This document shows positions 1 to 10,655 of a stretch of 64,000 nt of DNA, piece after piece (the first letter of the stretch is position 1; every line of letters starts with the position of its first letter). Below the pieces are notes generated by a model. The model saw nothing but the letters and a program-made list of their open reading frames with translations, did no database searches and was not told the DNA's origin. Both the position numbers and the translations under genes were made by a program. The stretch comes from Spirochaetia bacterium (GTDB lineage Bacteria; Spirochaetota; Spirochaetia; UBA9216). The DNA is taken from contig OY776510.1 in the NCBI GenBank assembly GCA_963675665.1, positions 864,001 to 928,000 of the forward strand, written 5' to 3'.

Positions 1-390
1 GTTGCCTTCCTTGTGGTAAAGGTTGTATTCAGCCCAGGAAAATAACGGAGGATGTATACCCTCGGGATTATTGCTGCTTAAAACAGGCTTTCCGTCGGAT
101 TCACCGTATGCACAGCGTATTGCTCCGGTTTCTTCCTGTTTTGAATAGAATAAATCCATGGAAGGACAGGCCGGAAACTGGTTGTTGCTGTAGACAAGAA
201 AGAATGTTGCAAGTATTGATTCAAACTGATTTACAGAATCGTTTTCGGGGTAATTAAAATATGTTTTAGGAAATCCATTTTTAGAATTGCCGATTTTCCA
301 TGAATCCTGCAACCAGGCCCAAGTCTTTTCATACAGGTCCACGAAGTCCTGATCGTAGAAATGAACAGCAGGAAAACCTTTTTTTACCAA
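1..390 (-). CDS. Glycoside hydrolase (trehalase/MGH1-like), 5' part only; runs off window
   Basis: Hand translation from TTG at 390: MVKKGFPAVHFYDQDFVDLYEKTWAWLQDSWK..., GAGG RBS upstream; N-terminus resembles a spirochaete glycosidase family from memory; not in the ORF track. Confidence 0.6.
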   Translation of the reverse strand, partial: MVKKGFPAVHFYDQDFVDLYEKTWAWLQDSWKIGNSKNGFPKTYFNYPENDSVNQFESILATFFLVYSNNQFPACPSMDLFYSKQEETGAIRCAYGESDGKPVLSSNNPEGIHPPLFSWAEYNLYHKEGN

Positions 391-639
391 TATTAAAACC
401 TCTTTTAGCGTAGTCCTATTACTTTGTAATATGATTTATATAAAGAATAGATATACATTTATTATAATTTAATATCGACGATACTACAAGTCAATTAGAA
501 AAAAAGAGGAGTTAATAAATCGAGGGAATTTAAAAATATATAATCTTTAAATTCCTGATTTTTTTGTTTAATATCACGGCTTTGAAAAAATGATCTTTTA
601 AAAGCCTCGATTATTAATTTATTCTATGTAAAAATATAA

Positions 640-2499
640 TTGATGTCAATCATTAAAAAAAGCAGCGGAAACAGCTTTCTCCCGATTAATAAAACCGATA
701 TGGATCATCGGGGGTGGGAATCCTGCGAGTTTATAATCATAACGGGCGATGCCTATGTGGATCATCCGTCGTTCGGAGCGGCTATAATCGGGCGGCTTCT
801 TGAAAACGAGGGATACAGGACAGGAATTATCGCGCAGCCCGACTGGAAAACACCGGAGTCATTTACTGTACTCGGAAAGCCCGATTATGCTTTTCTGATC
901 ACCTCCGGAAACCTGGATTCAATGGTGAACCATTACAGTTCCATGAAAAGGCCAAGAAGGACCGATGCGTATTCCCCGGGAGGCAAAACGGGCCTTCGGC
1001 CGGATCGTGCACTGATTGCCTATACAGCCGCGGTAAAACAGGTCTGGAAGGGTGTTCCGGTTGTTCTCGGCGGGATAGAGGCTTCTCTGCGCAGGTTGAG
1101 CCATTATGATTACTGGAGCAACAAACTTCGTCGTTCCGTGCTGGTAGACTCGAAAGCGGATCTGCTGATTTACGGAATGGGGGAAAACCCGGTTGTAGAA
1201 ACCGCGCGCAGGCTGGCCGGAAACGAAGATATTAAATCCATAAGGGATATTCGGGGAACGGTATACCGGCTTACGGGGCGTGAAGCTGAAGACGGTGTTT
1301 CCGACACAGTCATGCTTCCTTCGTTTGCAGATTTAAATCTGAGGCCGGAACTTTTCGGCGACAGTTATGTTTTGCGCAGCAGCAACAACAACCCTTTCAC
1401 GGCCGGAGCCCTGGCCGAACCGACCGACGGCCAGCTTGTTGTCCAGAACCCGCCGGCATTTCCGCTGAGTGAATCTGAAATGGACCGGCTTTACAGCCTT
1501 CCGTACACAAGAACGGCTCATCCGGTATATTCCGGCGCCGGCGGAATTCCGGCATTGACCGAGGTTGAGTTCAGCATTACAGCAAACCGCGGATGTTACG
1601 GTTCATGCTCGTTTTGTTCGCTGGCCTTTCACCAGGGACGGGTAATCCAGGCGCGCAGCAGCGAGTCGATAATCGGAGAAGCACAGCAAATGACGCAATC
1701 ACCCGGATTCAAGGGGATAATCCATGACGTCGGCGGCCCAACGGCTAATTTCTATCATCCAGCATGTGAAAAACAGCGGACAAATGGGGGTTGTGCTGAT
1801 CGGGAGTGCCTCTTTCCCGAACCCTGCCCGAAAATTGATTCCGATCACCGAAATTACCTTGAGCTGCTGAGAAAACTGAGAAGTCTGCCCGGCGTTAAAA
1901 AGGTTTTTATACGTTCAGGACTCCGTTTCGATTACCTGATGTCGGCAGTTAATGCAGAAAAAAAAGCGGGCGGAAAAAAAATAACCGGCGGGACGGAATT
2001 TCTTGAAGAATTGTGCCGGCATCATGTAAGCGGCCAGTTAAAAACGGCGCCCGAACATGTTTCCGACAGGGTCCTTAAACTGATGAAAAAACCTTCGAAC
2101 AGGGTCTATCAGCAGTTTGTACAGGCTTTTGAGGACATGAACAGGAAGCTTAATAAAAAACAGTATATTATCCCTTATCTTATATCGGGACACCCCGGAT
2201 CGGATCTGAACGATGCAATAGAACTGGCGCTTTACCTGAAAAGACAGGGTTTTATTCCGGACCAGGTTCAGGATTTTTATCCGACGCCGGCAAGTCTTTC
2301 AACCTGTATCTACTTCACAGGAATCGATCCTTATACGAAAATAAAAGTATATTCTGCCAAAACACCGGAAGAAAAGGCCATGCAGCGGGCATTGCTTCAT
2401 TTTCATAAACATGAAAACAGAAATCTTGTAATCAGGGCATTGAAGAAAGCCGGTAGAATGGATCTGGTAGGAAACGGAAAAAACTGTCTGATCAGATAA
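640..2499 (+). CDS. YgiQ-family (UPF0313) radical SAM protein
   Basis: TGDAYVDHPSFG N-terminal motif, RGCYGSCSFC radical SAM motif, DVGGPTAN, QVQDFYPTP. Confidence 0.92.
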   Translation: MMSIIKKSSGNSFLPINKTDMDHRGWESCEFIIITGDAYVDHPSFGAAIIGRLLENEGYRTGIIAQPDWKTPESFTVLGKPDYAFLITSGNLDSMVNHYSSMKRPRRTDAYSPGGKTGLRPDRALIAYTAAVKQVWKGVPVVLGGIEASLRRLSHYDYWSNKLRRSVLVDSKADLLIYGMGENPVVETARRLAGNEDIKSIRDIRGTVYRLTGREAEDGVSDTVMLPSFADLNLRPELFGDSYVLRSSNNNPFTAGALAEPTDGQLVVQNPPAFPLSESEMDRLYSLPYTRTAHPVYSGAGGIPALTEVEFSITANRGCYGSCSFCSLAFHQGRVIQARSSESIIGEAQQMTQSPGFKGIIHDVGGPTANFYHPACEKQRTNGGCADRECLFPEPCPKIDSDHRNYLELLRKLRSLPGVKKVFIRSGLRFDYLMSAVNAEKKAGGKKITGGTEFLEELCRHHVSGQLKTAPEHVSDRVLKLMKKPSNRVYQQFVQAFEDMNRKLNKKQYIIPYLISGHPGSDLNDAIELALYLKRQGFIPDQVQDFYPTPASLSTCIYFTGIDPYTKIKVYSAKTPEEKAMQRALLHFHKHENRNLVIRALKKAGRMDLVGNGKNCLIR

Positions 2500-2542
2500 A
2501 TCCTTTACTGTATAAAATCATGCAATAGTATTATTATTAGGT

Positions 2543-4402
2543 ATGGAAATGCGAAAACAGCTCGGTTTTAAAGAAGTATTCTCGATATCATCCGGAGCAA
2601 TGATCAGCTCCGGTCTTTTTGTTCTTCCGTCGATTGTCTTTGCCGAAATAGGACCAGCTGTAATAGCAGCCTATTTTCTGGCGGCATTATTTGTAATACC
2701 GGCTATGTTCGCCAAGACGGAACTTGCTACAGCAATGCCCAAATCGGGCGGAGTATATTTCTACATCAACAGAAGCCTCGGCGCTCTGTTCGGGACGTTC
2801 GCGGGGTTTGCATCATGGTTTTCGCTGAGTCTGAAATCTGCTTTTGCCCTTGTCGGTATCGGCGTTTTTCTTGAACCGCTTATGCCGGTTTATTCGCCGA
2901 TGATGGTTAAATTCATCGCTGTGGGGTTTACCGTTTTTTTCACGGCGCTGAACATTCTCAGCGTGAAGGAAAGCAGCCGTTTTCAGGTTATTCTTGTTGT
3001 TGCACTGCTTGCCATTCTTGCTGTTTTTGTCTCGATTGGCGCTCCCAAAATAGATGTGCACAACCTGACTCCTTTTTATAATGGAAACGGCATACGCCGG
3101 TTCATAACCGCGATAGGAATGATTTTTATCTCTTACGGCGGGCTTACAAAAATAGCGTCGGTTGCGGAAGAGATCAAAAACCCCGTCAGAACAATAAAAA
3201 CCGGCATGTTTGCAGCCTATACAGTAGTCACCATCATGTACACGCTGGTTATTTTTATTGTAACCGGAGTTCTTCCGCATGAAGTTTTTACCGGGTCGCT
3301 GAGACCTATATCCGACGCGGCCATGACAATAGCAGGTTATCCGGGGTTTTATATTCTGTCGGTGGCGGCAATGCTGGCTTTTATTTCAACAGCCAATGCA
3401 GGCCTTATGGCTTCTTCGCGCAGCCCGCTTGCAATGAGCGGTGATAACCTTTTGCCCGGGTTTTTTGCAAAGCTGGATGTCAGGCGCGGAACCCCCTGGG
3501 TATCAATTCTGGTAACCAGCGTATTCATGATTACCTGTATTCTTTTGCTGGATATGAAAACCCTTGTCAAGGTTGCGTCGACAATGAAGCTGATTCTCTT
3601 TGCGCTTGTATGTCTTTCGGTGATCCTGATGCGTGAGAGTAAAATCGTTACCTATAAACCGGCATTCAGAATGCCGTTTTACCCGTTTCTGCCGATCGCA
3701 GGGATTTTAATCTATTCCGCGCTTATCTTCGAAATGGGCAGAATACCTCTGACTATAACCGGGCTCTTTTTTGTCGCGTCTATCGGCTGGTATTTTATAT
3801 ATGCAAGGTCAAGAAACAAAAAAGAGTCGGCGCTTGTCAAAATAGTTGAACGGATAACATCCAGCAGTATCAAATCTACAGGGTTGTCGGATGAACTCCG
3901 GGAGATCCTGATTGAGCGCGACGGTATTATCGAGGATCGTTTCGACAGAATAATCAAGGAAGCGCGTATTATTGATGTTGAAGAAGATATGAACATGGAC
4001 GGGCTGTTTTCGCTGCTTGCCGGAGAACTTTCCTGTCATGAAGGCTGCACGAATGATGATATTCTTTCCATGCTTTATGAACGCGAGAGCGAATCCACCA
4101 CTGTGATCAGCGACGGACTGGCAATTCCGCATATTGTTACAAGCGGAGAACATCAGTTTGAAATTGTAGTTGTGCGTTCAAAAAAGGGAATTATTTTCAA
4201 CGCCGCCGCAAATCCGGTCAGGGTTGTTTTCGCGCTGTCCGGCTCAAAGGATGAGCGCAATTTTCATCTTAAGGCGCTGATGGCAATAGCACAGATTGTT
4301 CAGTCGCCGGATTTTCTATCGAACTGGATGAAGGTAAAAACAATCGACGATTTACGCAACCTGATTCTTATGGCGGAAAGAGCCAGAAAAGGAATGGTAT
4401 AA
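2543..4402 (+). CDS. APC/amino acid permease with C-terminal PTS EIIA domain
   Basis: GAMISSGLFVLP TM1 motif, many TM segments, C-terminal ERESESTTVISDGLAIPH EIIA phospho-His motif. Confidence 0.88.
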   Translation: MEMRKQLGFKEVFSISSGAMISSGLFVLPSIVFAEIGPAVIAAYFLAALFVIPAMFAKTELATAMPKSGGVYFYINRSLGALFGTFAGFASWFSLSLKSAFALVGIGVFLEPLMPVYSPMMVKFIAVGFTVFFTALNILSVKESSRFQVILVVALLAILAVFVSIGAPKIDVHNLTPFYNGNGIRRFITAIGMIFISYGGLTKIASVAEEIKNPVRTIKTGMFAAYTVVTIMYTLVIFIVTGVLPHEVFTGSLRPISDAAMTIAGYPGFYILSVAAMLAFISTANAGLMASSRSPLAMSGDNLLPGFFAKLDVRRGTPWVSILVTSVFMITCILLLDMKTLVKVASTMKLILFALVCLSVILMRESKIVTYKPAFRMPFYPFLPIAGILIYSALIFEMGRIPLTITGLFFVASIGWYFIYARSRNKKESALVKIVERITSSSIKSTGLSDELREILIERDGIIEDRFDRIIKEARIIDVEEDMNMDGLFSLLAGELSCHEGCTNDDILSMLYERESESTTVISDGLAIPHIVTSGEHQFEIVVVRSKKGIIFNAAANPVRVVFALSGSKDERNFHLKALMAIAQIVQSPDFLSNWMKVKTIDDLRNLILMAERARKGMV

Positions 4403-4415
4403 GGTAAAAAAGTTA

Positions 4416-5756
4416 ATGAAATTGAACTCTATTTATCGTGATCTGTTCAGAGTCGCAGTTCCTGTTGCTTTGCACAACCTTGTTATCTCTTCCCTGTCAT
4501 TTGTTGATACGCTAATGATCGGGCAGCTTGGCGAGGTGGAAATTGCTTCGGTCGGAATAGGCAACCAGCTGTTTTTCCTGTTTACTCTGTTGCTGTTCGG
4601 TATCGGAAGCGCCAGCGGAGTGTTTGTCTCGCAGTACTGGGGCAAAAAGGATTTTCCTAATATCCGCATAACATCCGGGTTAAGCGTTACCCTGGGGCTG
4701 ATAGGAGCTCTGCCGTTTGCGCTGCTGTCTTTTGTGCTGCCGAAGCAGGTTGTGGGCATCTTTTCAACCGATGCTTCGGTTATTCCGCTCGGGGCCGAAT
4801 ATCTTAAAATTGTGTCGGTCAGTTACCTGTTTTCCGCCGTTACGATTACGATGGCGCAGGTACAGCGAAGCCTGGAAAGGGCTAACCTTCCGTTTTTTGT
4901 TTCAATCGCCGCTCTCGGACTAAACACCCTGTTGAATTACCTTTTCATCTTCGGCAAGGCGGGGTTTCCGGCATGGGGGGTCAGGGGTGTTGCCCTTGCA
5001 ACCACGATATCCCGGGCGGTGGAATGCTTTCTGCTGATAATGATTATTTACCGGAATAAAAAAAATCCTGCTGCAGGGAAGCTGCGGGAACTCACCGGGT
5101 TTTCATTTGAATTTTTCCGTAGATTTATGAAAACGGCGTCGCCGGTTATTATAAACGAGCTTTTCTGGGCCCTCGGCATGACAGTTTTCAAGATTGTTTA
5201 CGGCCGGATGGGAACGTCTGCGCTTGCATCGGTTAATATCGCAGAGGCCGTTATGAACCTGATGTTTGTGGCGCTTATAGGTTCTGCAACAGGCGCGTCG
5301 GTTCTTACGGGAAAAACGATAGGCGAAGGCCGTTATGATGAAGCAAAACGTAACGGGGCCAGGTTTATCAGGCTTGCAGTTATTGAAGGCCTGGTAATAG
5401 CGGCTGTCTGTATGGTTTTCTGCGGGCTTCTTCCGAAGGGTTTTAATGTGCCGGACGAACTTAAACAGTCGGCAACCGTTATAATAATTATCTTTGCGAT
5501 ATTTCTGCCGTTTAAATCTTTCAATCTGCATACGATTGTCGGTATTTTCAGGGGCGGCGGAGACACTCTTTATGCGGCGACAACCGAAATTATAGGGGTA
5601 TGGGGAGTGGGTGTTGTTCTTGCATGTATTACCGGGCTTTGGCTCGGGCTGCCGGTTCATCTTGTATATGGATTTGTAAGCCTTGAAGAGATTGTTAAAG
5701 CGGTAATAAATACTGTAAGGCTCAAATCAGGAAAATGGGTACACGATCTTACATGA
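4416..5756 (+). CDS. MATE family efflux transporter
   Basis: VDTLMIGQLG, SQYWGKKD, GIFRGGGDT motifs; hydrophobic profile. Confidence 0.92.
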   Translation: MKLNSIYRDLFRVAVPVALHNLVISSLSFVDTLMIGQLGEVEIASVGIGNQLFFLFTLLLFGIGSASGVFVSQYWGKKDFPNIRITSGLSVTLGLIGALPFALLSFVLPKQVVGIFSTDASVIPLGAEYLKIVSVSYLFSAVTITMAQVQRSLERANLPFFVSIAALGLNTLLNYLFIFGKAGFPAWGVRGVALATTISRAVECFLLIMIIYRNKKNPAAGKLRELTGFSFEFFRRFMKTASPVIINELFWALGMTVFKIVYGRMGTSALASVNIAEAVMNLMFVALIGSATGASVLTGKTIGEGRYDEAKRNGARFIRLAVIEGLVIAAVCMVFCGLLPKGFNVPDELKQSATVIIIIFAIFLPFKSFNLHTIVGIFRGGGDTLYAATTEIIGVWGVGVVLACITGLWLGLPVHLVYGFVSLEEIVKAVINTVRLKSGKWVHDLT

Positions 5757-5768
5757 ATATAGTATGAT

Positions 5769-6503
5769 ATGCGCATGATTAAATTACCAGTTTTAAACAC
5801 CAAAGACGAATATATTGTAAACCCCGGAAAAATTGTAGCTCTCGGTTTGAATTACCGTGATCATGTAAAAGAAAGCGTTTCAATCCTTGCCGGAGGATAC
5901 AAGCCCGAAGAACCGACAGAGCCGGTTATTTTTCCCAAGGCTGTATCTTCACTTGCGGGGCCAGGCGAACCGATAGTGATACCGGCTTTTCTTAAAGATT
6001 ACAGTTTCGACAGTTCTGAACGAAACGATTATGAAGCCGAGCTTGCATTTTTCATCAGTAAGGACTGCCGAAATGTTTCAGAGGCAGAGGCGATGGATTA
6101 CATCTTCGGGTTCACCTGTCTGAACGATGTCAGCCAGCGAAACCTGCAGACCGGCGATAAAAGCGGGTGGTACAGGGGCAAATCTCTGGATACATTCTGC
6201 CCGGTCGGTCCGGTTGTTGTACTTGCAAAAGACATAGGTGATCCTCAGAACCTGAATATAAAATGCAGGCTTAACGGAAATGTCGTTCAAAACGGGAATA
6301 CAAATCAGATGATTTTTTCCATTACCAGGATTGTATCAATCCTTTCTTCCTGGTTTACCCTGAAAAAAGGCGATCTGATAAGCACCGGAACGCCGAGCGG
6401 AGTAGGCCCTGTTAAAGACGGTGATGTAGTTGAAATAGAAATCGAGAATATCGGCATTCTGAAAAACCCGGTGATTGAAGAAAAGCCGCGGAGCGTGAAA
6501 TGA
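5769..6503 (+). CDS. Fumarylacetoacetate hydrolase family protein
   Basis: GLNYRDH, DYEAELA, NDVSQR, KSLDTFCPVGP, GDLISTGTPSGVG. Confidence 0.93.
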   Translation: MRMIKLPVLNTKDEYIVNPGKIVALGLNYRDHVKESVSILAGGYKPEEPTEPVIFPKAVSSLAGPGEPIVIPAFLKDYSFDSSERNDYEAELAFFISKDCRNVSEAEAMDYIFGFTCLNDVSQRNLQTGDKSGWYRGKSLDTFCPVGPVVVLAKDIGDPQNLNIKCRLNGNVVQNGNTNQMIFSITRIVSILSSWFTLKKGDLISTGTPSGVGPVKDGDVVEIEIENIGILKNPVIEEKPRSVK

Positions 6504-7774
6504 AATTTTCGAAGTTCGGCGAAAGATTTATAAACGATACCGGTATCAAGGATCTTGTTGATGATCTCGGCAAATATGCAGGCCTTGAAGGGACTTGCAT
6601 GCTCGGAGGTGGTAATCCGGCTCTTATTCCGGAAGTAAATGAAATCTGGCGCGGAAGGATGCGGGAAATCCTTGATAGCGGAGATCAGTTTCAGCGGATG
6701 CTGGGACTTTACGATACCTCAATCGGGAAAATCAAGTTTTTCGACGCTCTGGCGGAAATGTTGAACCGTGAGTACGGATGGCCGGTTACAGGAAAGAATG
6801 TCGCCGTCATAAACGGCAGCCAGACATCATGTTTTCTGCTGTACAATATGCTTTCCGGAGAGATGCCTGTGTTGCCGGGAGCTGCCCCGTCTGCAGGCAG
6901 GACAGGAAAGATCCTGTTGCCGCTTATGCCCGAATATATCGGATATGCAGATCAGACGATTGATCCGGCCGCCTTTGTTTCCTGCCGCCCGGGCATAAAC
7001 GAATATGAACCTAAAATGTTCAAATACCAGGTTGATTTTGATCGTATAGATATGACGGACGTAAACGCGATTGCAGCGTCCAGGCCGACAAATCCAACCG
7101 GAAACGTTCTGACTGATGCCGAAGTTTCCAGGCTGAGCGACATGGCTGCTGAAAATGGAATTCCCCTGCTTCTGGACAACGCTTACGGGCTGCCTTTTCC
7201 CGGAATTATCTTTGAAGACGTCAAACCGGTATGGAATGAAAATATTGTTCTCAGCATGAGCCTTTCCAAAATAGGAATGCCCGCGACCCGCACCGGAATA
7301 ATCGTGGCGAACGAAGAAATGATTGAAGCCCTGTCGGCAATGAGCGCCGTGGCCAGCCTTGCTCCGTCGGGGGTCGGCCAGGAGATTGTTCTGCCCATGC
7401 TGAACGACAGCAGTCTTCTTGATATCAGCCGTGATATTGTAATGCCGTTCTACCGCGGGAAATCACAGCAGACCATAGGTTACATCAAGGAGAGCTTCGG
7501 CAGCCGGTTCGATTATTCAATACATAAAAGTGAAGGCGCTATCTTTCTCTGGATATTGTTCAAGGATCTTGAAACAGGCTCGGTAGATCTGTATAACAGG
7601 CTGAAAAAACGCGGTGTAATTATTGTCCCTGGTGAATATTTCTTTTTCGGGCTTCCGGAATCAGATAAAGACTGGGAACACAGGCACCGTTGTATAAGGG
7701 TTAATTATTCACAGGATTTCGAAGAAGTTAAACGCGGTCTCGATATTATTGCTGAAGAAGCCGCCAAAGGATAA
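6500..7774 (+). CDS. avtA: Valine--pyruvate transaminase
   Basis: MLGGGNPA, PEYIGY, SRPTNPTGNV, DNAYG, SLSKIGMP, EGAIFLW. Confidence 0.9.
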   Translation: MKFSKFGERFINDTGIKDLVDDLGKYAGLEGTCMLGGGNPALIPEVNEIWRGRMREILDSGDQFQRMLGLYDTSIGKIKFFDALAEMLNREYGWPVTGKNVAVINGSQTSCFLLYNMLSGEMPVLPGAAPSAGRTGKILLPLMPEYIGYADQTIDPAAFVSCRPGINEYEPKMFKYQVDFDRIDMTDVNAIAASRPTNPTGNVLTDAEVSRLSDMAAENGIPLLLDNAYGLPFPGIIFEDVKPVWNENIVLSMSLSKIGMPATRTGIIVANEEMIEALSAMSAVASLAPSGVGQEIVLPMLNDSSLLDISRDIVMPFYRGKSQQTIGYIKESFGSRFDYSIHKSEGAIFLWILFKDLETGSVDLYNRLKKRGVIIVPGEYFFFGLPESDKDWEHRHRCIRVNYSQDFEEVKRGLDIIAEEAAKG

Positions 7775-7801
7775 CTGTTAAAAACTATCCGGGAGGAATA
7801 C

Positions 7802-10081
7802 ATGTCTGTAAAATTCGGTACATTCAAAGGTGTATTCGTACCGTCGACCGAGGCTATTCTCGGAACGGTGCTCTTTCTCCTGATGCCGCTGCTGACGGCG
7901 GATACGGGTCTAACTACAATGCTCGGAGTAGTTCTTCTGGCACACTCGGTTACCCTGGCTACAGCTTCGTCGCTGTCGGACTGCGCCACAAACCTGAATC
8001 GGATTGAAGGCGGCGGTCTTTATGCTCTTTCAAAACAGTCGCTGGGCAGCGCAATGGGAGGCTCTATCGGGGTCATGCTTTTTTTTGCGCAGGCTGCATC
8101 AATCGGTTTTTACTGTATAGGTTTTGCCGAACCGCTGCATGCGCTGATTGCTCCTTGGCTTTCAGGACGTTTTCAGCTGTTTACAGGCAGCGGACCTGAA
8201 GCCGTTCTGATGCAGAAACAGATTCTTGCAACATTTTTCATGCTGGTTTTTTTCATAATTGTAATGATCGGCGCCGATTTTACCCTGAAACTGCAAATTC
8301 TGATTTTATTTGTGCTTCTGGTTTCGGTTTTCACAATTTTTGCAGGCCCTGCAGTCGGGCTGGTCTATGAAGGCCGTGAGGTTTTCAGCGGAACTTTAAA
8401 TATGCATGGCGCCAGACCTCTTACAACAGCGATTTTCTTCCTCACTTTCACCCAGTTTTTTCCGGCTGTAACAGGCATCAGTTCGGGCATCGGAATGAGC
8501 GGCGATTTAAAAAATCCACGCAAAAGTATAGTAAAAGGGACCTTCAGTGCGATTACAATGACAATGGTATTTTACATAATCGCAACGGTAATTTTCTCAT
8601 TAATAGACCGGGACGTTCTTGTCACCGGGTATGATGACGGAATTCCCGTCGGGGTTATTCTTACCAAACTTTTCGGACTCGGCAGGGCTTTTCCCCATAA
8701 TGTTCCGGGACTGCTGATTCTTGCGGGCGTCTTGTTTGCAACATGTTCTTCTGCACTGAGCGTATTCATGACCGGGCCCAGAACGCTCCAGTTTCTTGCA
8801 CGCGACGGAATCCTTCCTCGTCCGCTTGGATTTTTACAAAAGGATTTTTCAGCTTCCGGTACGGAACCGCGTTATGCAATTATAGTGTCTTTTTTTATCG
8901 GGTTGATAATAATCTGGATGGGCAGCATAAACTTTGCATCAATGGTTGTCGGTATCCTTTTCCTTGTTGTTTACGGCTGGATTAACGGGGCCGCTTTTCT
9001 TGAACGTATAAGCAGGAATCCCGCATTCAGACCTACCTTTAAGGGGCATTGGCTTATTTCCGGTTATGGCCTTTTGGCCTGTATTCTGGCTATCTGCCTG
9101 TTTAACTGGAAAGTCGGCATAGCGATATTCCTCAGCCAGTATATCATGTTCAGACTGATCCTGAAATTCAAGACTAAAGGAAGACTTGAAGGTGTCTGGT
9201 GGGGAGTTATCTTCTCGAATATTACCCGGGGGCTTGCAAGGCTTAACAGAATAGTACAGGGAACCAGAAACTGGAGACCGGTACTCACTGCAATTGCTTT
9301 TCCTGAAAACTTTAACGAATGCAGTAACGTGATTGAAATTGCGGAACAGATAGCTTCCTACCAGGGTCTTGTAAGCTGTAACCTGATGGTTCCGAACGGT
9401 TATGACGAAAGCAGTGAGAAGCATGAACTTTTCAAGTCGTCAACGGTTCCTGTCTCTTATGTCAAAACGCCGAATATGACCGATTCAATAATTACGCTGC
9501 TTCAGGGCAGCAATGTCACCGGAATAGACAATAACACCATTCTGCTTGCTTACAGTAACAGAATAAATAATGTTAAGGTAATAAAAGCAGTTCTGGAATA
9601 TAAACAGAACCTCCTGCTGTATAAACCGGGAATTCCGGCCGCGGGAAGCATGAGGCTTGATATCTGGTGGCGCGGGGAGCGGAACGGTAATCTTATGGTA
9701 CTGCTTGCATTTATTATCAACCGCTATCTGCACGACCACAAGCTTGCGCCGTATAATATCAGGATAATACGAAAACTCGGAAAGGATCAGCCTGAAACAG
9801 AAGCACGGGATGAAATTTCGATGCTTCTGAAGCTTTCACGTATCGAAGGAGATATCGTGATACTTCCTTCGTCTGAGGAAAGTTTTCATAAAGTGTTGGA
9901 AGAGACTTCAAAAGGCGCTTCGCTTGTAATGCTGGGCCTTCCGGGAAATTATGAAAACAGAACCTCCGGCGTATTTAATCTGAATCAGATGTTTTTTGAT
10001 CGCGAGATAAAGAGTTATAAGGATATGCCTCCTATCCTCTTTATTAAAAGCTATATGGTAATGAACCTGTTCGAAGATTAA
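7802..10081 (+). CDS. SLC12/cation-chloride cotransporter-like permease
   Basis: KFGTFKGVFVPS, FFPAVTGI..G..MSGDLKNP, NWRP and LDIWW C-terminal domain motifs. Confidence 0.88.
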   Translation: MSVKFGTFKGVFVPSTEAILGTVLFLLMPLLTADTGLTTMLGVVLLAHSVTLATASSLSDCATNLNRIEGGGLYALSKQSLGSAMGGSIGVMLFFAQAASIGFYCIGFAEPLHALIAPWLSGRFQLFTGSGPEAVLMQKQILATFFMLVFFIIVMIGADFTLKLQILILFVLLVSVFTIFAGPAVGLVYEGREVFSGTLNMHGARPLTTAIFFLTFTQFFPAVTGISSGIGMSGDLKNPRKSIVKGTFSAITMTMVFYIIATVIFSLIDRDVLVTGYDDGIPVGVILTKLFGLGRAFPHNVPGLLILAGVLFATCSSALSVFMTGPRTLQFLARDGILPRPLGFLQKDFSASGTEPRYAIIVSFFIGLIIIWMGSINFASMVVGILFLVVYGWINGAAFLERISRNPAFRPTFKGHWLISGYGLLACILAICLFNWKVGIAIFLSQYIMFRLILKFKTKGRLEGVWWGVIFSNITRGLARLNRIVQGTRNWRPVLTAIAFPENFNECSNVIEIAEQIASYQGLVSCNLMVPNGYDESSEKHELFKSSTVPVSYVKTPNMTDSIITLLQGSNVTGIDNNTILLAYSNRINNVKVIKAVLEYKQNLLLYKPGIPAAGSMRLDIWWRGERNGNLMVLLAFIINRYLHDHKLAPYNIRIIRKLGKDQPETEARDEISMLLKLSRIEGDIVILPSSEESFHKVLEETSKGASLVMLGLPGNYENRTSGVFNLNQMFFDREIKSYKDMPPILFIKSYMVMNLFED

Positions 10082-10160
10082 ATCAGACTGGTATAAAATT
10101 AGGAAAATTAATTGTTTCATGTTAAAATCAGGATATATTCTCAATATGAGAGGAAAGATT

Positions 10161-10655
10161 ATGAAAAAAAGATTTATCTTACCGGGTATTTTACTTTTAA
10201 TATGTCTATCGGTTACCGGTTGCAGCTGGAGCCTGTACGGGCTGCTGTTAAATGATGAAGAGAAAGACATGATAGGTTTGTGGCGAGGCGAAAGCTGGGA
10301 CAGCGAGACCGATATTTCATATTACGACTTCAGAAAAAACGGCAGGGTCTATGTTACGGACTGGACCTGGGACCTTCAGACAACGAATAATTTTCTTGTG
10401 CCCAATTACTTTTCATATTCGGTAAACGACGGGATCCTGAAGCTGGATCAGTTTTTCGGTATTCTAAAATTTGAATTTGTTATGGTTGACGAATCAACGA
10501 CGGATATCGATGCTTATAATCTCCAGGTTTTGAGTGAGATGTCTGATTATGATCAGCTGGACGATCATAATTCGATTTATATTGAAAAAATAGACGACTA
10601 TTCCGACGAAGCCCGTGCCGTAAGGGAATATCTTGAGGAGTACGATTATGAATAA
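10161..10655 (+). CDS. Putative acidic lipoprotein
   Basis: MKKRFILPGILLLICLSVTGC lipobox after GAGG RBS; start moved from track's 10119. Confidence 0.65.
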   Translation: MKKRFILPGILLLICLSVTGCSWSLYGLLLNDEEKDMIGLWRGESWDSETDISYYDFRKNGRVYVTDWTWDLQTTNNFLVPNYFSYSVNDGILKLDQFFGILKFEFVMVDESTTDIDAYNLQVLSEMSDYDQLDDHNSIYIEKIDDYSDEARAVREYLEEYDYE

